Of a stretch of 64,000 nt of DNA, positions 49,711 to 62,049 are shown in pieces (the first letter of the stretch is position 1; each line of letters opens with the position of its first letter). The notes under the pieces are model-generated. The model was not told the DNA's origin and did no database searches. It was given only the letters and a program-made list of their open reading frames with translations. The stretch is taken from NCBI GenBank assembly GCA_040285825.1, contig JAUPSS010000001.1:3410001-3474000 (forward strand), in the 5' to 3' direction. This DNA comes from Eukaryota sp. TZLM1-RC. Lineage: Eukaryota > Protista > Metamonada: BaSk clade. The position numbers were made by a program, and so were the translations under genes.

Positions 49711-51266
49711 GATAATTAATTCCCTCGAAGTTCCATATATTGATTATACTTCAACTAGTTTCTGCTTTCTGGGTTGCTATTTAGGTTCCGCCGAAAAGAC
49801 ACTTGACAGCCTTGAAAATTATTTAAATTCAATTAAAAAGAGCTAGAAGTCATAAAGACTCTTGAATTGGAAAAACATCTTAAGTTTTTTCTTTTGAAAA
49901 TTTGTTATGCTGGAAAAATTACTCATTTACTGCGATCATTACCTCCATCCCTAACTTACAATTTTTGTAGACAATTTAACAAAATACGTACCCAATTTTT
50001 GGCTTATTTAATGTCTGTTGATCCATCAATTTTGAAAAATCATATTTTTTCTGATGTTCAACTTGGCGGTGTTGGATTCAATTCATCAAAATATTTGACC
50101 AAAGCTGCATTTATTGGTGGTGGAAAAAATTTTGTATTTGAATTCTCTAGAAGATATCCTTTTGCCGAAAATCTTCTTGAAAATACAAATAGCATATTCC
50201 TGGATAACTTAAGAGAAGAAATATCCAGTTTATCTCCCGACTTATGGCAATCATGTTTCCCCATATCCATTCAAGAAATTCCAGACAGAAGTTTATATTC
50301 ATTAAAATTTGCGTTGAAAAAGCTCCAACGACATCTCTTGAAAAATTTTGAAAACAAGGATTTTATTGTTCGACTTAGCACGGCTAAGAAAGAAAATCCT
50401 GCTTTTGCCAATTTTTTGATTGATTTGAAGGACAGTTCATCTGCAGTTTTGATAAATCAAATTCCCCAGATTTATGGTCTATTTTTGAATGACGACCAAT
50501 GGACCACTGCTATGAGAATGCGTTGTTATTTATGGCCTTGTAATTTGCCCAATGATTTGTTTTGTAAATGTGGAGCTGGTTTGACATTATCACATTTATT
50601 TAATTGTAATAGATATATTTCCTATCGTTCTACGTTGCATGATGCAGTCAGAGATCAAATCCATGCAATGTGTAATTCCTATCATATTGAATCTTTTGTA
50701 GAACCTTTGTTGAGGTCTCTTGATATAAATGAAAGCGTAAGAGATTCAGAATATGGAAAACGACGTGCTGATGTTGTTGTGCCCTCGTTTGATGATGTCA
50801 TGAATGTTGTTGATGTCGTAACAGTGGATGTTTGCAAGAAAAATGCCTTGAAAAATGCTCCATCCGAAGTATCCCCCCTTGATGACTCCGAATTGTACAA
50901 ACGGAAAAAGTATGCAAATCCTTTAAAAGAATTGAAACATGTTCGCCATGTAGATTACCAAATTTGCCCATTTGCTATATCGTTGTATGGTCGTCTTGGA
51001 AAAACTGCTTTGAATTTTATTGATGATTTTGAAAATCTTGTGAAAAAAAGAATGAATAAGCGTTTTGATCGTCGCTTGTGGCTAAATCGTATTGTTTTTA
51101 CTATTTTCAAATCAATTCCTAAAATGATTTCGAAAGCTTTAATGTCTGTCAGTGCACATTATGAAAACATTGCTGCTGTAAGGTTTGATGGTGTGGAAGC
51201 TTGTTTTGAAGATATTGACTTTTAGACTGTGGTTTTGAAAATAAATTAAAATTAAATTAAAAAAAA
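49711..51266 (+). mobile_element. 5'-truncated family C LINE inserted into family B, with 10-bp TSD
   Basis: AGATCTTTTA at 49701-49710 and 51267-51276; ORF 49867-51225. Confidence 0.92.
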
Positions 51267-51989
51267 AGATCTTTTAACAAACTTCGAGTCAATTGTTTTT
51301 TCTTCTATATTAGAAGTAAATGAATCTTTAATTCGAAGTCATGTATTTTGTTCAGCAGATTTGGGTGGAATTGGATTCACCAAATCTTCGATTCTGTGTA
51401 AAGCAGCAATTTTGGGAGGTGGTAAAAATTTTGTTTTTGAATTTTTCTAAAGGTTCCCTTTTGATGTTCATCTGATCAATGGTGAATCAAATTTTTACTT
51501 GAATCAACTGCAATTTGAATTAGAAAATTTGCCTAGTGATATCTGGATTCAGTGTTTTCCTCAAAATGTTCAAGAAATTCCCACTCGATCACTTCCAAAT
51601 TTACGTTTTTGCTTGAAAAAGCTTCAGCACCATCTGGTTAAATTATATGAAGGCTTGGATTATGAAGTAAGACTTGGCTTGGCCAAAACTAAAAATCCCG
51701 CTTTCGGTAATTTTTTAAAGGATATTCGTGATAGTTCAGCTGCTGCTTTAGTAACTCAAGTTCCCTCTGTTTATGGACTTTTGTTAAAAAACAATGAATG
51801 AGAAGAACTTTTTGCAAAAAGGACAATTATGTTTCAAGACATAATCCGTAGGATCAGGAGCAACAGTTTTTGGTAAATGAGTTTGATCAATATTTAAATC
51901 ATAATTAACATCATCAGCAGAAACATTGGGAACAGGAGGAAACAGTTCGGATGGTGTTTGAAAACTATTAACAATAGAAATATTGGTTT

Positions 51990-53180
51990 TTTTAACAAAA
52001 TTTTAATTTTATTCAAAACCTATAAATCAACATCTAAAAAATCCATCTCTCCCAGAACAAAAACACTAGATGCAACTCTCTCATAGTGAGATCCAAGAGA
52101 AAGCAAAGCATCAGAAACCATCTTCAACATCCCCTTAAAAATAGAAAACACAATTCTATTTTGCCAAAACAATCTGTTGAAAATTCTCCCAGTTGTTCTC
52201 TTTACAATCATTTCAAAATCATCCAAAAAACGTAAAGCAGTTGGTGCAAGTGAACCAAAAAGGGAAAATACAAATGGATACAAATTGTATTTTGCATGCT
52301 GTAGACTGGCCAATTTGGACAAAGGTTCATTGTATTTTTTGAATTTAAAATTTTCAGCATTTGAAAGGGGATTATTAATTTCAGAATTAACTAGCCTTAC
52401 ATTTGAAGCATTACAAGGATCAACAGATATTACATCCAATAAAATGAAACTTCCATCTAATCCAGGTAATATGACATCACCTCTATTATTCTTATGAAAA
52501 TCATCTTCAGCATCAAACAGATTTGACAACAGAGGTTCCAAGAAGGATTCAATTCTATGAGATTTACACATACAACATAACTGGTCTCTTACAGCATTAT
52601 GAACCTTGCTTCTGAAAGTAATAAAATGTTTACAATTTAACAAATGAGTAGTTGTAATTTCTCGAGAACATTTACAAATTAAATTGTGAGGTAAATTTTC
52701 AGGCCAGATAAAGGAACGAAATCTCATATTCAGAGTCCAAGCAGAATCGGTTAAGAGAGTACCATAAACTTGTGGAATTGTTGTTACTAAGGCAGAAGAA
52801 GTACTGTCACACATATCTTGTAAAATATTTGCAAAAGCGGGATTCTTTTTCTTGGCCAAGCCAAGTCTAACATCAAAATCCAAGCTTTCAAAAATCTTTG
52901 ACAATTTTTGTTGAAGCTTTTTACAGAAAAACTGTAAATTAAAAAGAGATCGGTTTGGAATTTCTTGAATTGATTGAGGAAAACATTTGGTCCAAATTTG
53001 TAGCGGCAATTTTTTAAGTTCACAAGACAACTCATACAAATAGGGACTGCAATTGGGGATTAACAGATGAGAATCATCAGGAAATCTACGAGAAAATTCA
53101 TAAATAAAATTTTTGCCACCACCCAAGAATGCTGATTGACACAAAATTGAAGAATTAGTAAATCCAATACCACCCAAATT
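51990..53180 (-). mobile_element. 5'-truncated family A LINE
   Basis: ORF 52020-53177. Confidence 0.9.
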
Positions 53181-55213
53181 TTTTTTAAAAAACTGGAATA
53201 TTTATTGAGATAAAAATAACCATCTAGAATTCAATATCCTCCAAACAAGCGTCACTATTACTGAACATACTCACAGCATTACGTTCATATTCTACACCGA
53301 TAGCTTAAAGTGCCTTTGAAATCATTGTAGGAATAGACTTGAAAATGCAAAAAACAATTCTATTTAACCGGAAAGTGGAGTTCATTGTTTTACCAGACCT
53401 ATTCAGTAACACTTTTTTTAAAATTTTCCAAAATGTGCAACCCTGAAGGTCCAATATTGCCAAAAAAAAGAAATTGCAAACGGCACAAACTGATATTTCA
53501 CATGTTCCACTACCTGACTGTGCCAAAGGTTCTTCATATTTTTTTATCTTCTTTTTTTTCGGCGTTAGATAACGGCGAATCAGCGGAATACACTAAAGGA
53601 GCAGCAGAATTTTTGCAAACATCAACTGAGACAACATCTACAACATTGAGAACACCATCGATCCCTGGAGCTACTAAATCTGCCCTTCTTTTACCAAAGG
53701 AATCATCAGTTTGATCTGAAGACAGCTTACGTACTAGTGGCTCAATAAATGCCTCTATATTGAAACTTTTGCACATGGCATATAATTGATCACGAACTGA
53801 GTCATGAACAATTGAGCGATAAGTTATAAAATACTTACAGTTTAAAATATGGGAAAGCGTAACAACACTCTTGCAGCGACAAATTAAATCATTTGGTAAT
53901 GAACAAGGCCATAGAAAACATCTCATTCTCATTGTAGTGGTCCATTGGTGATCATTAAGTAGAAGGCCATAAGTGTTGGGAATTTGGGAGATTAAGCAAC
54001 TTGAGCAACTGTCTTCAAGATCAATCAAAAAGTTTGCAAAAACGGGTTTTTTTCTTTAGCCAGGCTAAGACGTACAATATAATCCAAGTTTTCTGAAACT
54101 TTCAAGATTGTTTTCTGCAGTTTTGCAAAAGTCAGTGGTAAGGAGAGCAAGCTTCTTGGAGGAAGTTCCACAATATCGGAGGGGAAACATTTAGCCCAAA
54201 TATTGGGTGAAAGAGTTTCAATTCCCTGTTGCAAAGAAATAAGATAGGAGCTGCCACAATTTTCAATGAGATGAATTTTTTCAGGAAAACGATTCACAAA
54301 TTCATAAATAAAATTCTTTCCACCTCCAATAAAGGCAGCTTTACAAAGGTAGCTTGATTTATGAAGATCAACACCACCAAAATTTGTACCACAAAAAATG
54401 TGGCTTCGTAACTGAGATGCATCAATTTCCAATAATTTTGCTAAAAAATTGGTTCTTTGTTCATTAAAAATGCGACAAAACTCCAAAAAAATTGATGGTG
54501 ATGTTGATTTCAAAATATGAGTAAATTTTCCAGAATAACAGATTTTTAGGAAAAAGAATTTCAAATGTTTCTCAATATTTAAATTTTCTATTGATTCTAA
54601 TTCATTTCCAAATTGAGTCAACAGAGTCGAAAGTTGGTTTTTGACTTCATCAATATTTCCGAGATAACAACCCAAAAAACGAATACCAGACTGATCATAA
54701 TTGATAAAGGGGACATTGACATCATTAATGAAAAAATCAATTGGTTCATGGCCAATAATCAAACATTTGGAGATATTCAATGAGAGACCAATATCTTCAT
54801 AACGCTGTTGAATAAAAGTTGCTATTTGTTTCAGAATTGTAATAGGAGCAATTACAGAAATGTCATCCATATATGCCACAATATCTATTTCTGGGAATTT
54901 TTCTTTCAATTCGCACATTAATGGATGAGTTGCCAGACAAAAGAAAAAAGGACCAAGTGGATCACCTTGTTTTACACCTGAAGACGAAAGTAGGTCAAAG
55001 TTTTCATAGACCAATGTGGATGATTTTCCATAAAATGAATAGAAAACAGGCTCAACTTCGGGAAAATGCTTTCGCAGCAAAGGTAAAATGGAAGAACGAG
55101 ATACAGAATTGAAAGCATTCTTAAAATCTAAATTGAAGATGTAATTAGAATCACTAGAATTAAAAAACACATCCGACGAAAGAGCAGCAGAAGAAGCACC
55201 ATCAATTGTCTTG
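53181..55213 (-). mobile_element. 5'-truncated family E LINE
   Basis: ORFs 54025-55257 and 53534-54028; C-terminus ACLEDIEF at ~53224. Confidence 0.9.
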
Positions 55214-56436
55214 ATTTTTTTTAAATATAATTTTATTCTAAACCAATAAATCAACATCTAAAAAATCCATCTCTCCCAAAACAAAAACACTAGATGCAAC
55301 TCTCTCATAGTGAGATCCAAGAGAAAGCAAAGCATCAGAAACCATCTTCAACATCCCCTTAAAAATAGAAAACACAATTCTATTTTGCCAAAACAATCTG
55401 TTGAAATTTCTGCCAGTTCTTCTCTTTACATTCATTTCAAAATCATCCAAAAAACGTAAAGCAGTTGGTGCAAGTGAACCAAAAAGGGAAAATACAAATG
55501 GATACAAATTATATTTTGCATGCTGTAGACTGGCCAATTTGGACAAAGGTTCATTGTATTTTTTGAATTTAAAATTTTCAGCATTTGAAAGGGATTATGA
55601 ATTTCAGAATTAACAAGCCTTTCATTTGAGGCATTACAAGGATCAACAGACATTACATCCAATAAAATGAAGCTTCCATCTAATCCAGGTAATATGACAT
55701 CACCTCTATTATTCTTATGAAAATCATTTTCAGCATCAAACAGATTTGACAACATAGGTTCCAAGAAGGATTCAATTCTATGAGATTGACACATACAATA
55801 TAACTGGTCTCTTACAGCATCATGAACCTTGCTTCTAAAAGTAATAAAATGTTTACAATTTAACAAATGAGTAGTTGTAATTTCTCGGGAACATTTACAA
55901 ATTAAATTATGAGGTAAATTATCAGGCCAGATAAAGGAACGAAATCTCTTATTCAGAGTCCAAGCAGAATCGGATAAGAGAGTACCATAAACTTGTGGAA
56001 TTGTTGTTACTAAGGCAGAAGAAGTACTGTCACATATATCTTGTAAAAGATTTGCAAAAGCGGGATTCTTTTTCTTGGCCAAGCCAAGTCTAACATCAAA
56101 ATCCAAGCTTTCAAAAATCTTTGACAATTTTTGTTGAAGCTTTTTACAGCAAAACTGTAAATTAAATAGAGATCGGTTTGGAATTTCTTGAATTGATTGA
56201 GGAAAACTTTTGGTCCAAATTTGTGGCGGTAATTTTTCAAGTTCACAAGATAACTCATACAAATAGGGACTACAATTGGGGACTAACAGATGAGAATCAT
56301 CAGGAAATCTACGAGAAAATTCATAAATAAAATTTTTGCCACCACCCAAGAATGCTGATTGACACAAAATTGAAGATTTAGTAAAACCAATACCACCCAA
56401 ATTTGCTGAAGAAAATAAATGGCTTTTCAACATTCC
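55214..56436 (-). mobile_element. 5'-truncated family A LINE
   Basis: ORFs 55238-55546 and 55432-56433. Confidence 0.9.
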
Positions 56437-56448
56437 ATTTTCAACATT

Positions 56449-59400
56449 TTTTTTCTCCCTCCCTTAGTCAACCCTCTCATATTTCACTTTCTGTCACGGC
56501 GTCAAAGTCGTACTGTGTCTTTGCCAAAACGATGCCAGTGACTGACAGTGACTCTGATACTGATTGGAACGCCCAAGCAAAGATTCTACCCATCAGATCA
56601 AGCTCATCCCCTTCACTTCTCCACTCTCCCCACCCTTCAAGCTATGCTCGAAATTCTTCTCAAAAAATTTGAAAATTTTCAAAAAAGACTTTTTGCCTTT
56701 GTGTGATGCCCCTGATATTACGCCTGAAAAAGTGCAAAAAAGAAGACATACCTGTTCCAAATGTGGCAAGGTTGGTCATAACATTAGAAAATGTCCTGAT
56801 ATTATTACCGAAAAAATGAGACTGAAAACCAATATTTCTATTGTTAATAGTTTGCAAACGCCATCCGAACTAAATCTTCCTCCTGTTCCCAATGTTTCTG
56901 CTGATGATGTTAATTATGATTTAAATATTGATCAAACTCATTTACCAAAAACTGTTGCTCCTGATCCTACGGATAATGTCTTGAAACATAGTTGTCCTTT
57001 TTGCAAAAAGTTCCTCTCTAATTCTTCTAATGGTCGCCCTCTATTGTTTTGTTTTGACTGTCAAACAAGTGATTCTCTTCGTACACCTGTTAAAATTCCT
57101 GTAGAGGTGAGTCCTGCCAGTTCTGTTCCTTTGTCAATGGAAATGCGTTCTTTTTCTTCGCAATTGAAATTAAACAAATGGAACATAACAAGAATTTGGA
57201 AATTCTTTGCCAAAAAGTATAAGAAGAAAATTAATTACAAACCAAAACAGAGAAAAGCTAATTCATCTTTTCAAGCAAGAAAATTGTTTTTGAGAGGTAG
57301 ATATGGAAGCGGATTAAAAAATATTTTTTCGGGAAAACTGGCTGATACCAATCTCGAAATTGTTGAAAAATTGAAATCCCTCCATCCAACTGAACATTTT
57401 TGCCCCAGTAAGCCTTCTATTTGTCAATATTGGCTCGAAAATCCATTTCAGGCTCAAAAAGTATTGAATGCCGTTGCTAAATTACCAAAAGGAAAAGCTG
57501 CTGGTCCTTCAGGCATTTCCTTTGATTTGTTAAAAACTGCCTGTAAAAATGCTCCTGAAATTGTTGAGGATCTTGCTTCCTATTTTCAAAATTTAATGTG
57601 TTTAAATTATGTTCCTCCGCCTGAATTGACTGCTGCCCGTTTAGTTGCTTTAGTTAAACTTGGTAAAGGTGACAAACCTGATGGAGTTAGACCAATTGCT
57701 ATTGGAGAGTCATTAACCAGATTGCTTTCTTCGCTTATTTTTAACAGAATTTCTACTAAAGCAAGGGACTATTTGAAGCCTTTCCAATTTGGTATAAAAA
57801 CTGTTGAAGGTGCTTCTGTTGCTTCAATGACTTCAGATGTTTTTTTCAATAGTCAACAACATCAATATATTTTCAATTTGGATTTCAAAAATGCTTTCAA
57901 TTCTGTGAAACGTAATTGTATTTTTGATGTGCTTCTTCATGATTTTCCTGAACTTACTGCATATTTTTATTTATTTTATGGAAAAAAATCAGACTTAATT
58001 TTTGACTCCTTTACCCTTGAATCTTCTTCTGGTGTGAAACAAGGTGATCCTCTTGGCCCTTTGCTGTTTTGTTTGGCTATTCATAATATTATTAAAATGA
58101 CACAACAAGATTTCCCTGATTTGCGTATTGTTGCCTATATGGATGACATTTCTATTATTGGTTCTTTTGAAAGCATTTCTAGGGTTTCTGAAGACATTGC
58201 GGCGAAATACAAAGAAATTGGTTTAGCTTTGACCCCATCTAAATGTCTCTTGATTGGTAGAGAAAAACAATCTTTGATGATTGGTGGAGCTCAGATTCCT
58301 TTTATCAATTATGACCAACAAGCTTTTAAGTTTCTTGGATGTTGGCTTGGCAATTTGGATGAAATTTATTCCCAGTTAAACAATTTATTGGAGAAGTTTG
58401 ACAAGGATCTTAGTTTTATTGCTGAATGTGACATTGAGAAACACATCAAATTTTTTTATTTTAAAAATTTGTTATTCTGGAAAAATTCACTCATATTTTA
58501 AGGTCAACTCCCCTTCGGTATCTCTCAATTTTTGCAGATCTTTTAACAAACTTCGAGTCAAATTTTTTTCTTCTTTATTAGAAGTAAATGAATCTTTAAT
58601 TCGAAGTCATGTATTTTGTTCAGCAGATTTGGGTGGAATTGGATTCACCAAATCTTCGATTCTGTGTAAAGCAGCATTTTTGGGAGGTGGTAAAAATTTT
58701 GTTTTTGAATTTTTCCAAAGGTTCCCTTTTGATGTTCATCTGATCAATGGTGAATCAAATTTTTACTTGAATCAACTGCAATTTGAATTAGAAAATTTGC
58801 CTAGTGATATCTGGATTCAGTGTTTTCCTCAAAATGTTCAAGAAATTCCCACTCGATCACTTCCAAATTTACGTTTTTGCTTGAAAAAGCTTCAGCACCA
58901 TCTGGTTAAATTATATGAAGGCTTGAATTATGAAGTAAGACTTGGCTTGGCCAAAACTAAAAATCCCGCTTTCGGTAATTTTTTAAAGGATATTCGTGAT
59001 AGTTCAGCTGCTGCTTTAGTAACTCAAGTTCCCTCTGTTTATGGACTTTTGTTAAAAGACAATGAATTGCTTCTAAACATGCGTTTTCGTTGTTTTCTGT
59101 GGCCAAACAATTTGCCCAATCATTTAACTTGTAAATGTGGTAAACCTCTTTTGTTTACTCATCTTTTGAACTGTAAACATTTCATTACGTTTAGAAGCAA
59201 AGTGCATAATAACGTCAGGGACCAAATTTATGTAATGTGCAAATCATATCGTGTAGATTCCTTTTTAGAACCGCTGTTATCAAAATTAATTCTTGATGAT
59301 CCCAATATTGATAGTACGCGTTACAACAGAGCTTCTATGGGTCTGACTAGAGGTGATCTAGTTGTTCCTGGTTTAAATGGTAGTTTTACTATTTTGGACG

Positions 59401-59770
59401 CCATGTCTATTGACCCTTGTAATTCCTCTAACGAACATTTCATTAACTCGGATGTAATTAATCCTCTTCTTGCAGGCGAAAAATATAAAATTGCTAAATA
59501 TGCGAAACCCATTTCCTCGGTTAATGAAAATTCTCATGCCCAATATAATTTATATTTAATTTAATTTTAATTTATTTTCAAAACCACAGTCTAAAAAGTC
59601 AATATCTAATATAATTTATGTCCATTTGTTTTTTCTTTGCTTGGATCTCTAGGTAAGGCTGCTATGGCTTTCCTTGAGGATTTTGTTGTAGTTGTAAAGG
59701 AAAGAACTGGAAGAATTTTCAATCGTGTTTACTGGCAAAAACAGGATTGTATTTTCTATTTTTAAGGGAA
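56449..59770 (+). mobile_element. Family B LINE with intact 5' end; 3' end replaced by family C
   Basis: ATG at 56532 (MPVTDSDSD), ORFs 56564-58501 and 58398-59564; same micro-insertion and B/C junction as 31070-31285. Confidence 0.92.
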
Positions 59771-61737
59771 TTTTTTTAATTTAATTTTAATTTATTTTCA
59801 AAACCACAGTCTAAAAGTCAATATCTTCAAAACAAGCTTCCACACCATCAAACCTTACAGCAGCAATGTTTTCATAATGTGCACTGACAGACATTAAAGC
59901 TTTCGAAATCATTTTAGGAATTGATTTGAAAATAGTAAAAACAATACGATTTAACCACAAGCGACGATCAAAACGCTTATTCATTCTTTTTTTCACAAGA
60001 TTTTCAAAATCATCAATAAAATTCAAAGCAGTTTTTCCAAGACGACCATACAACGATATAGCAAATGGGCAAATTTGGTAATCTACATGGCGAACATGTT
60101 TCAATTCTTTTAAAGGATTTGCATACTTTTTCCGTTTGTACAATTCGGAGTCATCAAGGGGGGATACTTCGGATGGAGCATTTTTCAAGGCATTTTTCTT
60201 GCAAACATCCACTGTTACGACATCAACAACATTCATGACATCATCAAACGAGGGCACAACAACATCAGCACGTCGTTTTCCATATTCTGAATCTCTTACG
60301 CTTTCATTTATATCAAGAGACCTCAACAAAGGTTCTACAAAAAGATTCAATATGATAGGAATTACACATTGCATGGATTTGATCTCTGACTGCATCATGC
60401 AACGTAGAACGATAGGAAATATATCTATTACAATTAAATAAATGTGATAATGTCAAACCAGCTCCACATTTACAAAACAAATCATTGGGCAAATTACAAG
60501 GCCATAAATAACAACGCATTCTCATAGCAGTGGTCCATTGGTCGTCATTCAAAAATAGACCATAAATCTGGGGAATTTGATTTATCAAAACTGCAGATGA
60601 ACTGTCCTTCAAATCAATCAAAAAAATTGGCAAAAGCAGGATTTTCTTTCTTAGCCGTGCTAAGTCGAACAATAAAATCCTTGTTTTCAAAATTTTCAAG
60701 AGATGTCGTTGGAGCTTTTTCAACGCAAATTTTAATGAATATAAACTTCTGTCTGGAATTTCTTGAATGGATATGGGGAAACATGATTGCCATAAGTCGG
60801 GAGATAAACTGGATATTTCTTCTCTTAAGTTATCCAGGAATATGCTATTTGTATTTTCAAGAAGATTTTCGGCAAAGGATATCTTCTAGAGAATTCAAAT
60901 ACAAAATTTTTCCACCACCAATAAATGCAGCTTTGGTCAAATATTTTGATGAATTGAATCCAACACCGCCAAGTTGAACATCAGAAAAATATGATTTTTC
61001 AAAATTGATGGATCAACAGACATTAAATAAGCCAAAAATTGGGTACGTATTTTGTTAAATTGTCTACAAAAATTGTAAGTTAGGGATGGAGGTAATGATC
61101 GCAGTAAATGAGTAATTTTTCCAGCATAACAAATTTTCAAAAGAAAAAACTTAAGATGTTTTTCCAATTCAAGAGTCTTTATGACTTCTAGCTCTTTTTT
61201 AATTGAATTTAAATAATTTTCAAGGCTGTCAAGTGTCTTTTCGGCGGAACCTAAATAGCAACCCAGAAAGCAGAAACTAGTTTTACTCATTTACTGCGAT
61301 CATTACCTCCATCCCTAACTTACAATTTTTGTAGACAATTTAACAAAATACGTACCCAATTTTTGGCTTATTTAATGTCTGTTGATCCATCAATTTTGAA
61401 AAATCATATTTTTTCTGATGTTCAACTTGGCGGTGTTGGATTCAATTCATCAAAATATTTGACCAAAGCTGCATTTATTGGTGGTGGAAAAAATTTTGTA
61501 TTTGAATTCTCTAGAAGATATCCTTTTGCCGAAAATCTTCTTGAAAATACAAATAGCATATTCCTGGATAACTTAAGACAAGAAATATCCAGTTTATCTC
61601 CCGACTTATGGCAATCATGTTTCCCCATATCCATTCAAGAAATTCCAGACAGAAGTTTATATTCATTAAAATTTGCGTTGAAAAAGCTCCAACGACATCT
61701 TTTGAAAAATTTTGAAAGCAAGGATTTTATTGTTCGA
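59771..61737. mobile_element. Family C LINE (minus) followed by a fold-back inverted copy (plus, ~61284-61737)
   Basis: ~60668-61115 is inverted at ~61284-61737. Confidence 0.85.
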
Positions 61738-62049
61738 AACATATTATTTTGAAACAAATAGCAACTTTTATTCAACAGCGTTATGAAGATATTGGTCTCT
61801 CATTGAATATCTCCAAATGTTTGATTATTGGCTATGAACCAATTGAATTTTTCATTAATGATGTCAATTTCCCCTTTATCAATTATGAACAGTCTGGTTT
61901 TCGTTTTTTAGGTTGTTATCTCTGAAATATTGAAGAAGTCAAAGGCCAACTTTCGACTCTGTTGACTCAATTTGGAAATGAATTAGAATCAATAGAAAAT
62001 TTAAATATTGAGAAACATTTGAATTCTTTTTCCTAAAAGTTTGTTATTC

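Noticed and set aside
56449-56531. HDV-like ribozyme in the family B 5' UTR
   Set aside because: Short pyrimidine-rich UTR; I could not build the nested double pseudoknot.
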